A stretch of DNA of 64,000 nucleotides from Auanema rhodensis (taxonomy: Eukaryota; Animalia; Nematoda), in assembly GCA_964057225.1 (NCBI GenBank), contig OZ059899.1, forward strand, positions 7,254,001 to 7,318,000, read 5' to 3'. Below the pieces are notes generated by a model, which saw only the letters and a program-made list of their open reading frames with translations, did no database searches and had not been told where the DNA came from. Below are positions 12,486 through 26,200 of this stretch, in pieces (position 1 is the stretch's first letter; every line of letters starts with the position of its first letter). Both the position numbers and the translations under genes were made by a program.

Positions 12486-14346
12486 ATGGCTAAACGTAAA
12501 GGTGACTACATTTGAAACTTTGATTATAATCATCAAATTTCAGGAAAAAAGAGGACTCGGCCAGGTTTCATTGACTATATCTTCTAGTAATTATTCAATT
12601 ATATATTTTCAGCAGGTTCTTCAGGAACACAAACAGCTACACCTTTTGGTATTTTTAATTTATAAAAGGTCTTAATGTTTTTTCTATTATTTCAGAAACA
12701 TTCTTAGCTGAAAACGAGGATCTAATTACCAAAGAGACATTTAATAGTGTGCCAGATGAAGTAACCAACCGGTTACGTAAACTGCATGTAGATGCAGAAA
12801 CCTCTGAAGTTTTAAAAAAAGTTACGCCAAGAATTGAGACAAGTATAGAAAAGTAATTTCTAATTTCTACTAATTTAAATTATTTCTTAGTTGATGATGA
12901 TCCTTTAACTACAGTCTGTAGAAGCAGACGTAAGTTCTATTCGATGTTTCACTAATATTGCCAGATACAATTCCAGATGGAACGTGTTTAGTTTTTGAGC
13001 AAGCTTTAGAAAATTTTGTAAAATACTGTCCAAACCGTGAAGAGGCGGTGTTGGGAAGTGTTTTGGTAGAAAGATTACTAGGATACAACGACTCTTTCGA
13101 TTTCGGTTAGCTTTTTTCTATTATGTTTAAAATCGCTTTTATTAAGAGCACAGCATCGCTTATCTTAGAACTCATATAAACAACTTCAATAATATTCTTG
13201 GTCTTGTCGAGTTTGATGATTGGACAGATGAATGGCATTATTGTCTTGTGACTTCGACGTAATTCAAAATTTCTACTTTAGCGAAGCTAAGGAAACTATT
13301 TATAGATACAGCCTAAATGGAGAACTGCATTTGCGGCTTATAGGCGTTTGCTATTTCGAAAAGATTATCCGTGGATATCAAGAAGAAATTGTGATGAAAC
13401 ATCAATTTTCTGATGCTTTTTGTTGTGTATGGAACAAATATGGTGGACTTGATAAAGTTGTGCCATGCTTTGCTTCAAATGACGCAAAAAAAAACGAGCA
13501 ACACTTTGTAAGTTCACTTTTCTTTTCTCAATGTTGCTTTTTTTCTATTCAAGAAAATTCCATTTATGTTCTCTTGTGGATTTGATGATGATTTCTTTGA
13601 GAAATATGGTGAGGAATTTCCTCCCAATAGGCTAATAGAAGCTTACGAAGCTTTGTATGGAGCGGTAAATTTGTTATTATTTTCTTATGGGAATTAAAAC
13701 ATTTGTTTTAGAAAGATAGAACGGGTATTGTAGATGTTTGTACTGAATATGACTACAGACCAGCTATTTACAATTTTTCAAGACAATTTCAATCAAAAAA
13801 TCGTAGCGCAAATACACGGTAATTTATATTTCATAGTTTTTCATTGATTATTACTTATAGCTATGAGGAAATAGCTCGTGTATGTTCTAGCCATAACAGT
13901 CGATTCAGACGAGCACGAGCGTTAGTAGATATGCCTCATTTAGAAAATGCCGCAGTAGAAATATTTGATAATCTTCGCAAGCAGTATTTCAAATTTTCGC
14001 CTGATCTGACATTGCATGAAAGAGATAGTAAAATTGAATTATTATTCAAAATGATGAGTACCTGTATGTTTATGTGTATAAAAGAAAAAAAACACGTTTG
14101 TTTTCGTATTATAGATTCATTTGCCCTCATTCATCAGAAAGCTAAACGCTACAAGTATTGGAATATAATACGAGATCATATAGTAGTTTCTGGGGTAAGA
14201 GTGTACTACTAGAGTACTTGCGTTGATTGGCTTGTTTGTATTTGTATGTTTTTTTCAGAATAAAAAATATAGTTCCTTCAAAATACCCCCGGCCAAGAAT
14301 CAAACATCATCAGCCTCATAGAGCTCCACCCATTGAAAACAACTAG
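12486..14346 (+). CDS. Uncharacterised multi-exon protein with basic N-terminus (MAKRKGKKRTRP)
   Basis: ATG after a TTCAG acceptor, then a chain of short exons with GT/AG junctions and long open exons at ~13282-13507 and ~13861-14194. Ends ...HRAPPIENN*. No recognised domain. Confidence 0.6.
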
Positions 14347-14564
14347 TAAGAACTAGTAAAAATGGCTGAGTTTTTATCATTGTTTGTACCTTTTAACTAC
14401 TTTCCAAAATATGGTTTTTCTTATAGTGCACCAATTGAATTTTTCAAAAACTTTGAACATTGCTTGATTGTTCGCTGAATCAGCTCATGTTAAGAATTTT
14501 TTGTCTTCAAAATTTTATATCATTCGTTTTAATTTGTAATGTACAGTAAAAATATTATGCTAAA

Positions 14565-14739
14565 TTATCATTATAATTTGAATGATTTGATCATGTTATT
14601 ATTAATTTTTAAATAATTATAATCTGATACTTTGATAAAAGACAAGCATGACCATATAGTTTTTATGTTTATCAATTGGAGCTACACACTATAATAGCTT
14701 AGTATTTTTTTATTTACATGTGATAAACCTCTGTTATCA
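14565..14739. promoter_or_regulatory. Cluster of five TGATAA (ELT-2/GATA) sites upstream of carboxylesterase
   Basis: TTATCA at 14565, 14669 and 14734; TGATAA at 14633 and 14721; TATAAAA at ~14910. Confidence 0.55.
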
Positions 14740-14949
14740 ATCATTCATCGTCATTTAATCTTATAGGACTAGGACTCGAATAAATAAAAATTATTTTTGA
14801 TTTGTTGCGATTTTATTATTTCTTTTTATAGACATTAACTTATAATACATATTCTAATCCACAACTTTAAAATAAAACCCGAATCAAAATAAACATGATT
14901 ACTACTTATTATAAAAACAAGATCATTCATTTCACAAATACCACTTCAG

Positions 14950-17093
14950 ATGTTGTATGATAACGTAAGATTGAATATCCGTGATGGACCTATTATTGGC
15001 CGAAGATTAAGTTTCAATGGTTCACAGGTAAACAACTCTTTTTAAATTATCAAAAATCTCTTTGGACAGGCTTTGGCATTTCAAGGCATTCCGTTCGCTA
15101 AGCCTCCCATTGGCCCACTTCGCTTCAAGGTATTTGTTTGGAAAAATCTCGATTTCAATATAATGTTATTGATAGAAGCCTGAACCTATTGATTCCTGGT
15201 TGGAACCGAAAGAATGTAAATCGTTTATGAACCAAAGTATTCAGAAAATAAGTGAAAATAAACCTGATGTTAGATATGTGTCCTTTGAGCCAGTTCTATT
15301 GTCCTCTTGCTTCAGATGCCCCCTATCTCTGAAGATTGCTTATACCTTAATGTGTTCACTCCAGCCTTCGAAAGCGAAGAGCAGGAAGGATTCCCTGTAT
15401 TCTTTTTTGTTCACGGTGGTGGGTATGCAGTTGAATCGACAGCTAAGTATAAAGAGCGTGGAATATGCGAAGAATTGGTATCTTTTGAACAGATGACTAA
15501 TTAAAACTACATGATTAGGTTCGCAAAGGAGTTGTGGTTGTAACTGTAGAATATCGTTTGGGAATGTTGGGATTCTTTACAACGGGTGATGAATGTTGCC
15601 CTGGAAATAATGCTCTCTGGGATCTAAAACTAGCATTAGAATGGACACGAGTATTCTTTCTTAGAATAAAAAATACTTTTCTTATAATTTTAAGGACAAC
15701 ATTGGGTTCTTTTCCGGTAATAAAAATAATATAACTGTTTCCGGACAGTCTGCAGGTTCAGCATTAACTCAATTGTTAGCTATCTCTCCTCATACAAGAG
15801 GTATACTTCTCATATTTTACGAAAAATTGAAAATATTACAAATATTTTTAAAGATCTTTTTCACAAAATGATCGGAATGGCTGGGTTTACTAATTATTAC
15901 TGTAATTGGTTCAATACCAGACATGGTATTGAGAATTGTCGGAAATTTGCAAAGAAGTTGGGAGTAGAACATTCTGATTCTCAGCAGGTGGTTATTTCGA
16001 TTGATTAATTTTCACTTCAAATTAAGTTATTGGATCAACTTCGTCGAGTTCCTGCTGAGAAATTCGCTCTAGGTATCGAGATGAACATCGAAACACAAGA
16101 ATTACTGATTGCTCCTCGATATGATGGCGATTTTTTCCCTCTTCCAGTTCGTGGTGAATCGTCATCAAATAGTCTAAAAATTAATTACAGTTTGAGGATC
16201 TTACTGCTAGTGCTCCAGCAAAGCCAGCTATTTTCGGATGCGCTCATTCCGAAGGTTTTAACATAAAATAGTTTTAGTTAGTATACAAATTTAGCTTTTA
16301 TATCTCCGAATGCGGTGTTTAATCATGACGAATTACAAAAAAGTATAGCACAGGCTATTCCTGAAAGCATATTTCAACTGTCAACACTATCCAAACGTCA
16401 TGCGCTTAAGCAATTACTCACAAATCAGCACCACACATGGCCTGATAAAATCATGCAAATGATTGTTGAGGCACTATAAATCTTAAATATAAAATATTTC
16501 TGATTAAATTTAGGTTGAAAGTGGTATATTTATGGGATTTGGCTTACAAAAAGCCATTTTTGATTGGTTATCTAAATCTCCACAGATATACATGTACAGT
16601 TTTGAACATTCTAATCCAATTGTATGTGAAAGTATGGGAATGCCTTTCGATGGTAAGAAGTTTCAAGTAAATTTATAAAAGAAGAATTTCTTTCATAATA
16701 GCTGCTATTCATTGCGCCGAACTGACATACTTATTCCAAATTCATACTTTTACTCCTTTTGAGTTTGATACGGTTGATAACATTGTTATGCGAATAACTA
16801 CAGAGAAATTTATGAATTTCTGTAAATATGGGTAAATTATAGAATATATATATAAGAATTTTTTAATTTCATAGAAATCCTAATGGACCATCAAGTTCTG
16901 GTAACAGCGTGGAATGGCTTCCTTGTTCTCATACATCACCACAACGTCATTTGGTGATTTCTGAGAATTCTCACATGAAAGACGTATATAAGGTAAACAA
17001 GAACCAATCTGTAAAATTTAATATTGTTGTCAATAACAGGGCGGTTTTCCTCTCTATGTTGTTGAAGAAACACAACTTGCTCGATCAATTTAA
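14950..17093 (+). CDS. Type-B carboxylesterase (COesterase/CEST family)
   Basis: GIPFAKPPIGPLRF, SEDCLYLNVF, FVHGGG oxyanion loop, EYRLGMLGF, GQSAG nucleophile, HSE acid residue and IHCAELTYLF catalytic His. No signal peptide. Confidence 0.93.
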
Positions 17094-17618
17094 ATCTTAC
17101 TTCCTGTTTTCCGACAGATGTTGTGAACAACTATTTTATAGAAATATTTGTGAGAAACAATATTTAAACAAATACACGTTTATAATTATATAATGTTTAT
17201 ATCTTTCTATCGTATCGTTTATTACTTTTAAGATATTTTTAATAAATACATTGGGAAATATAATATAATAAATAATAATTACATATGTATATTAAAAAAT
17301 ATTATAAACAATACATATAGATCAGATTTTCTATTACACTACGTGAAACAATGAAAATATTATTTTTTTTTATCAAATTCAGTGATCAAGAACCTATGAA
17401 ATGATGGAATCATTGTTAATTCGAAATGACAATTCGAAGATTTAGAAATATTTTCTTTAGAAACTCATATGACATTGAAATCGTATTGCTTATAATCAGA
17501 ATACGTTATTATTATAATTTTTTTATTTATTTTTTTTTACAAAACAAAATTAATTTCAACAAACAATTATTTTATATATTAAATAGAATATATAAAGCAT
17601 TTAAGAAAAGTTAAACAA

Positions 17619-17700
17619 GCAGTCATGTCCGAGTGGTTAAGGAGATTGACTAGAAATCAATTGGGCTCTGCCCGCGTAGGTTCGAATCCTGCTGACTGCG
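17619..17700 (+). tRNA. tRNA-Ser(AGA)
   Basis: GCAGTCA acceptor stem pairs with TGACTGC; anticodon loop CT-AGA-AA; long variable arm GGGCTCTGCCC; TTCGAATC T-loop; TTTT terminator 3 nt downstream. Confidence 0.97.
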
Positions 17701-18056
17701 AATCTTTTATATTTTTAGAAAAATGTACCAAACTTGATTTTTTTTTCACCTTTTGGAACTTTATCATGCCGCAAACGATGATTCAATTTCTAAGCATTCT
17801 TTCTACGTTCTGGAGTTTTAATTGGACGAATATCTGATATAATCTGAAAGCTGCAGAATATCAAAGCTTATCATACGCAAGCTAAAGCTAAGAACTTTTC
17901 AAATGGACTGAAACAACATTGGAATTTAATAGGCGGATTGCGAACTCGAATAAATACTTTCCCAAGAGGACTTATATCTCACTTTATTTTTAACATTATC
18001 AGAATTAGCGTTTCATTTCATAAACTTTCTTTTTTCTTCCTTTTAATATTTTCAAG

Positions 18057-19757
18057 ATGATTCGAATTATTACTATATGTATTCTCTTGGCGCGCTACAG
18101 TTATGCTTGTATGAGTACTGCTGAGAAACATGCAGGTTACATATTCTTTTTTTAATTAAAAAACTTTTAAACATTTTTCAAGATGATATTATTTATACAA
18201 GGAAAGCAAATTTACCAAATCATAATCAGAAACCCACAGCTACCCGTAATCTGCAAACTACACCTGATGAACCGATTGGCATTAGGCACAAACATAATCA
18301 TCCGAAAGAGGAGAAGAATGTTTTAGCAAAACTGCCATCACAGACACAACTACCTGTGACAGATTCTCATCTTGAGCTCCTTCCAACTTCAACAGCAATG
18401 CCAGAATCATCGTATCCCACTTATTCTAAGGAAACAGCTGAGAAGCCTACGAATCATCCAAAAGAGGAGAATATGAAGAATGTTTTAGCAAAACTGAAAT
18501 CACAGACACAACTATCTGTGACAGATTCTCATCTTGAGCTCCTTCCAACTTCAACAGCAATGCCAGAATCATCGTATCCCACTTATTCTAAGGAAACAGC
18601 TGAGAAGCCTACGAATCATCCAAAAGAGGAGAATTTGAAGAGCATTCTAGCAAAACTGCCTTCACCGACACAACTATCTGTGACAGATTCTCATCTTGAG
18701 CTCCTTCCAACTTCAACAGCAATGCCAGAATCATTGTATCCTTCTTATTCTAAGGAAACAACTGAGAAGCCTACTTTGCAACCTACAAGTTATATCACAA
18801 TTCCTGATTCCATAACATCTACATTCAGTTCCTTAGCTCCAGAAATGAATGTATTGCATAAGGAATTGAATAATTCTACATTTATCATAAACAATACTAC
18901 TGAATTATTAGAAGAAGAATCTTTAAGAAGTGAATTAACCACGACAAGCGTCATAGAAACTGAAGCAAGTACATCACCAGAGATAGGTAAGCTAAAATCT
19001 TTAAATTTAGAAAGACATGCTTGATCATTTTATATCGAAATTCTGTACGAAAGAGAGATAAGATGGACTTGTTGAGATGTAAAAAATTTATTTTTAGATA
19101 TGAAATCAGAGGATAAATATTTGAAAATATCTTGATTTAGCGATGAGATATGTAAGTATTAGCAATTTCAGACATCAATCTTTGTCACACATGCGAAGTA
19201 CCGAACTTATCTATAATTATTGGCAGTGATAATGAAACAACTATTTTCTATTCACCATATGTTAGGTATTTTGAAATTTTTTCTTAATTTCATTAAATAA
19301 TTTGTAATAATTAAAGTGAACGTACATTTTCAAAAGAAGGATGTGCACAAACTATGACATATTGCAATGTTCCACATGGCTTAGACATATGGCCACATAA
19401 TTATATGCAGGTAAATCGTGATAATTTAATTATAAAAAGAAAAAAACTGAAAATAGTAGACGTAGTTACGTATAGGATTTACAATGATATTTTTAAAAAT
19501 CAGAAAAGATTTTCCATCTCAGATAAAGTTTTTACAAACGTTCACTTCACGACAAATCTCATAGTGATAGTAAACGTCAATCTTTTTTCGATTTTCAAAA
19601 AGATTATTTTCTTTTTCAGTTTTATCCAGCTGCTCCATTGTATGAAGCTAAAAATGGGGGTGGTTTAGCCTCAGAAGTTTCTTGCAGCAGAGATGGACAT
19701 TGGAAAGTGGGAAATAAGAAAGTTGAATCAGTTCATTGTTATTACCTTAGAATTTAA
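18057..19757 (+). CDS. Secreted Ser/Thr-rich (mucin-like) protein with C-terminal C6 domain
   Basis: Signal peptide MIRIITICILLARYSYA-CMST, a 54-aa repeat x3, and a C-terminal six-Cys domain (CHTC...GC....YC...VSCSRDGHW....VESVHC). Confidence 0.75.
18296..18774 (+). repeat. Coding tandem repeat, 162-bp unit, ~3 copies
   Basis: GTGACAGATTCTCAT recurs at 18356, 18518 and 18680 (period 162), with near-identical units. Confidence 0.95.
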
Positions 19758-19894
19758 AGCAACTTCTAATTCCAATTGAAACGAATCATACGAAAAATTA
19801 TAATTATTAATTAATAAATATATTTATTTCCTTGGTTAAAAAAGATTTATAATAGGAAAACATTTAACAAAAACTTGAAGAAATATCGAAAAAT

Positions 19895-21900
19895 TTAATT
19901 TTTCGAACTTTTTTTTCCAGTAACAAGGGCATGTATTTCAGTTCCAGCTGATATTTTACAATCACAACAAGAGGAAGTAGTGATAACAGTAGGTATCCAT
20001 CGTCCAGCAACTTTCTTTAAAACATCAACATTTCGATATTGTTGTTTACATTGACCCCATCCTATAATTTATATAATTATTATAATATTATAATATAATA
20101 TTAAATAGCATTACCTGAAAGACAATAATCGTTTTCTTTACAACTTAATTCATTAACTATTCTAGGAAAATAATCTGGAGGTAATTGTCTCCAAGTCCAA
20201 CAATTTCCTAAATATTGAAATTGTCTTTGTTATAAAATATTTTTAATTATATATACCACACAATGATAATAAATCTCCTTGTGTTTCTGTTTCACCTCTT
20301 TCAATACATCCAATTGAGAATCGTTTTCCTACCAATTCGTCTTTATTTTCATTTTGTCTTTTTCGTCGTTTCCCTTTAACTTTGCAACATTTCATATTTA
20401 ATTATTATGAAAAGTATTTATACCAAAAATAATATGTTGATTACCAGATTGCCCTCCTGCTCCTCCTCCGCTAAACAAATGAGCCAGAAAACTATGGATT
20501 GGACTAAAGAATCCTGTTCCTATAATGATAGTTGATAATCTATTTAGAATCTAAAGAACAACATACCTAAATCTACAGATGGTGTTGCAACTGACTGTTG
20601 TTGCCAATAATTACTCTATAATAATTCTTTTTTTATTTCTACAACTATTCATATACTACTATTAGTATTCAATTTAACGTACCCATTGCTCTTGTTGCTG
20701 TTGTGGCCAGTATGTCTGAACAGTAGGTTGTGGTTGTGGAATGGTTTGTTGAGGAGGCGGTTGCCATTGCTGTGGTACAGTTTGCAAGTTAGGTGAGAAA
20801 GGAGCTGGTGCAATTGGAATGGGTAATGGAGAATTCTGCACAAAATGTTGTTGTTGTTGTTGTTGTTGCTGTTGTTGTTGCTGTTGTTGCGAAAAAAAGG
20901 CAGGCGATGTATTAAACTGATTAGGTGAATTATGCTGATCTGTTAAAAAATATTTCATATTTCAAATACAAAATAAAGAAAATATACTTTGTGGTTGGTC
21001 TGGATTATTTGAATTTGGAAAGACTCTTTGCACAGGTAAACCTGTTGATCCTATTAAAGTGTTTGTATGACTATTTTGGTTATTAGAACGTTGAGATGAT
21101 GAAGCAAATTGTTGACCAGCGGCAACCAATTGTGATACATACGGGGGTATAACAACAGGTAATGGAGGAGTCTAACAGTAAAGTATATTTATAATGATCG
21201 TATTCGTATTAAAACTTACAAATTTATTACGAAAGAATTGAAAACGAGGACATTCATCTATACTCGTAGATGTTCTTGGTAAAACTTGAACATTTGTCCT
21301 TTTAATAAATTAAAATTACAAAAATATTGTAAAAAAAATGAAGTAATATACCTAAAATTGGATGAAATAAAGCCAATATCTATAAGACGATAATATAAAA
21401 TTGAGAAGCATTGTTGACAAGATGAAGTGGTACATTGAAATGTTTGTGGAGTCTAAAATGATTAATAAACAATTAAATTTACATTTAATATATATTATTT
21501 ACTATAAAAACAATAAAACTTACAGTTCTTGTACTCTCATAGTAATTTACATTAGATAAATCAATAAAAGCTAATATAGCTTCTTCTACAGTTGTAGCCA
21601 TATATCTTGAATCATATGGAATACATTGCTGACTTTCTGGATGAATCACACATGGGCACTAAGTTTATTTAAGAAAATCATTCAAATATATAATTTTACC
21701 TGAGATATTCGATTTCCTTGTGTCTTCTGTCGTACTATTTCTACAAAATTTGTTTGGGCTTCCTGAAATCGAGACTGCGTTTGTGCAGTTACAGGAGCTG
21801 ATCTGAAAGATGGACCACGACCACGCTGTTGTTGGGTGAAATGCCCATGAACATTTCCAACTTTGAAGGCCAAAAACAAAACAAAAAGCAAACGACACAT
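19895..21900 (-). CDS. Secreted proprotein: Gln/Pro-rich pro-region, furin site, C-terminal cystine-knot-like domain
   Basis: Signal peptide MCRLLFVLFLAFKVGNVHG, polyQ, KRRKR, then GC...LCGKCWTWRQLPPDYFPRIVNELSC...CLSGWGQC...CCDC. Confidence 0.75.
20848..20889 (-). repeat. (CAA/CAG)n encoding polyQ (14 Gln)
   Basis: TGT/TGC triplet run on the + strand within an exon. Confidence 0.9.
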
Positions 21901-23298
21901 TCAAGTCGCCATGAAAATGAATCTAAATCTAAGAATTTTCTGTATAATATATATATATATATATAAAAGTAATTAAATAAGATTTTCTTTTTATAAAATA
22001 TAATATATTAAACTAGACATAGATAAATGTATTGGCAATTTTGCTATAGAACAACACAATAAAAATTTTGAAATTTGTGAAGAATTTATGTTAGAAGCCA
22101 TCTGTCTGAAGGTATGTTTCAGGACTAGTTTATACGAACTACTGGTGGCCTCAATTGCTGCCCTTTTTAGTGTTCTCAGAGTAAGTATACCTAGTGAAAC
22201 ATAGCATTAAGACGATGTGTATGTAAAATTTATAAATGGATTGGCTTTTATATTTATATAAATATATGTAAAGTTGGTTATTTATATAATATAATATTAC
22301 ATTTATTATGTATTAATTTTATTTTTTAATTTAATAATTAAGAAATATATATAAATATAAAAATAATTAGATTTTAATAATATTTTTAGAGATTATAGTT
22401 TTAAAAAACCATCCATTTAACAAAAAATAATAATTTCAATATAAAAGAATTATTAAAACATTATTTAAAACAAAGTTTAAAGAATATATATATTGTCTTT
22501 GTTTGAATAAAAATGATATCTTATACCTGTCTTTCTTCCATTTTTTTCTCTTATTCTCTTTAATTTTAAATTAAAATATCTTATGATATCTAAAGATATA
22601 ATCTACGATTGCAGAAGATAAATGAGAAGAGCAGGTAGCTTTCCATGTTTGAAAAGAAGAAAAAGAACTTTCCTAATACATCTTTTACAAAAAAAAATAT
22701 AAAAATTCTGCAAATTGTTTCAATTCTCATTAGCTTAACAAGTTTTAAAAAAAAGAAACTAATTTTTTTGAATATTATACGTTTACTTCAAAGACTTTTG
22801 TATGTAAGTCGTAGAAGTATGATGTAATTCTGCTAGTAATTCAACATTGATCCTAACAATACTCATTTTTTCCTTTCATTCCTTAGTAATTAGACATAAA
22901 GAGAGAAGAACTACAAAGAAATTCAACTGTTCGAAGAGTCACTTAAGAAGGTTAAAACATACATACATGTTAGATCTCAATCTTCTTCTATTGTCAAGAA
23001 GGTACGAAGCATGTTCAAATTGTATGAATAGAAAGTCTAATTCTATAATTTTTTATACAAAAATAAATAATTGTTCTTAATTCAAAAGAATTCCATATAA
23101 TCTGATGTATCTTTTAAAGAATTTTAACTAAACTAACATAATACCATAAAACTCTGAATGTTTCTTTTTATTTTATTTTTTTTAAAAATATTGTTAATAG
23201 ATTCACATATTATATATTATATTATGTTTTTGTACTACAATTTATTTTAAAATATAATTATATTACAAAATAATAAATATTAAAAGAGTTACTTAACT

Positions 23299-26200
23299 CT
23301 ATGTATTGAATATTGGTACATTTTCAAAAATACTTAAAATATCTTTTTTGCATTTTCTTAAATTTTGCAGTTTCATACAGCTCTCATGATCTCCATTTAT
23401 CTATAAATATATAAATTATAATAATAATATATTTTTTTAAAAACCAAAAATGTTTTAATATGCCCATAACAGTAGTTTTCTAAACCATTTGCAATCATTG
23501 ACCGAGCTCCAAGTTCATCAAGTTCGTTTCTGAATTATTTTTAGTTTAAATTTGAATTTCATTCAAATATGATTTACCTTACAGCAGCACGGAAGGAAGC
23601 ATCTCCAAGATGTTCACTTTTGAATAAATAAATCTTAAAAATTAATTTTGATTTTCTAAATTTTTTTAAATATATCGTCTACCTGAGTATCTGAATACAT
23701 CATTTCATGATTTCTCAACATATTAGCTAAGCGAACAGTTTTTTCAACTCTTAAATCACAATCAGAAAGTGTTGAAAATGCTTTCTATAAGTAATATTAA
23801 TTTATAAACTTGTAATCATTCAAACCTTAGCATAATTTCGAATATTATCAATAGAAAGTCTTGAACGAACAACTGCCCATGAATCGAACATAACAACAGA
23901 GGGAATCTGATTAATAACTTAAATATAAAAATAAAATAAAAAACTTAATATACCTTATATCCCATTAATTTTAAATCTGAGATCATTTCTCGACAGATAA
24001 TTCCACCAAGTGAATGTCCAATCAAATAAGGTATTTTAGAACCGGTATGCTTAGCAATCTAAAATACAAAACGTATTATTCAAGTTAACAAAGATTGAGC
24101 TTACTTCTAAAGCATATTTTCCTGAAAGATCTTTCAACGTTTCTGCTTCATATTCAAGTTTATATTCAAATCCATATAGATTAAATCTATCAGAAGGAAA
24201 TATATTTATAAATGCATAATATGGTAAAACTGATCCACCAACAGCATGAACAAAGTAAATATTAATATTACTTTTAGATGTTTCTCTTATAACAATTATT
24301 GTTGGATTATTAATAGAATTAATTAATTTTATATGTTTTAATTCATTTAATATACATTTTGCTAAACTTTGAATGTTTAATGATTGATATAATTGGCTAA
24401 TATCCAGTTGTATTTTGAATTTTTCAAATATTAAAATTTGAAGTTTTAATAAAAGTAATGAATGTCCTCCTATTGTGAAGAAATCGTCATTGTCTTCAAT
24501 AACATTAGTTCCTGTTAGATCTTCAAACATTTTTCTTATTGTAAGTTCGATTGAGCTTTTCATTTCGTTACTGTGATGATGATTCATTCGCTTGGCCTTT
24601 TTCACTTTTTCAAACTCAAGTTTTAGCGCATTCTGATCAACTTTTCCGCTTGAGTTCAAAGGGAAGAAATCCATTTCTATGAAATGTACAGGAATCATAT
24701 ATACTGGAAGTTTTGAAACTAAATATTCTTTTAAATTTTCATTTTTTCCAATATAGAAAGCTATCATTTTATTTGAAATCATTAATATTTTTGTTGATTT
24801 AATTCCTTTCAAAGATGTAATTGTTTCTTCTACATGTTTTAATTGAACAAGTTGTCCACGTATTTTCACTTGATCATCTAATCTTCCAATATAATAAAAT
24901 TTGTTATTTTTCTTTATAATATAATCAGAAGTATGATAACACTTATTAAATGCTTGATTACTATGTTCATCAATTATATATCCTCGGGCTACTTTACTAC
25001 CCTTAATAATCATTTCACCATCTCGAGAACGATTAACAGATATATCACATATCTCATTCATATTAGATGTTCCTATCATTATTTCTGAATATTTTTCGAG
25101 TTTACATCGGCTTGTAGTTGACCATACAGTTGTTTCCGTTGGTCCATATATTTGCAAAATATCGATATTATGATTGAGAAGGTAGAATAATTTATCTTTT
25201 TCTATTGTTTCTCCACCAAATACAAGCTTTTCCAAAGATTTTAGATCATCAAGCTCATTCAAATCTAACTGATTGATCATTGCTGATGTAATAAATGAAT
25301 AATTACATTGAAATTTTAAAATTTCTTTTACAATTGCAATTGAACAATTTGGTAAACAGATTGTTGATGATGCAAATAATGATCCAAATATATTTGAAAT
25401 ACTAACATCAAAGATAGTATTGACTGAGTTCAGAAGACGTGTTCGAGAATTCAGTAGCGTTTGACGTATTGATGAGGTTAGGAATGACATCACATTGTTA
25501 TGTTGTATCACTACGCCTTTTGGTTGTCCTGTTGAACCACTTGTATGAATCACATACATTACGTCAGTAGGCTGATTTCTGTTGAACAAAAGGTTTTTTT
25601 CTTGAGAAAATGACATTTTCATCCAAGATTCATCAACACAAAACGTTGTGTTGATGTTTTTTAGAATTTGGTCGTGTCGTGTAGCTGGCCACTGAGGATC
25701 TAAAGGAACATAGCCTGCACCAGTTTCCAATATAGCTAAAATAAATTTTAAACTATCATTTCGATTCATGTTCAATGGAATTAAATCATCAGGACGAAGA
25801 ATCATCCCAGAATTTATAAGATAGGCGTTTGATATTTCCAGACTAATCTGCTGAATTTCGTCTGAAGTTATAATTCTATTCGTGGTTTTAAAGCCTGTTT
25901 GGTTGAGTTGTTCAAACATTGGTAATACAAGAGCAGTATGAGGAAAATCACTGTTTAGTGTCTTATTCAAACAATCTGATCTTTTCCAATGTTCAGTAAA
26001 ATTTCTTAGAATATCGTTTAAAAATTCATTAATATCATCTGTGGAATATTTGGAACTATTGTATTCGAGAAGAATCTGAACACCTGCCGGAGTTTCATCG
26101 ATTGTTGTAGACAAATCAAAGATAGTATTCATTGAGATTTGTTCAATTTTTGGAACAATTCCAGCAATATCTGAATCAGGATATTCTAGTGAATGACGAT

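Noticed and set aside
17625-17837. 70-aa ORF
   Set aside because: It overlaps the tRNA-Ser gene and is a translation artefact.
22060-22990. Possible small spliced gene on + strand (MLEAICLKVCFRTSLYELL...)
   Set aside because: Donor sites are present but I could not build a consistent multi-exon ORF.
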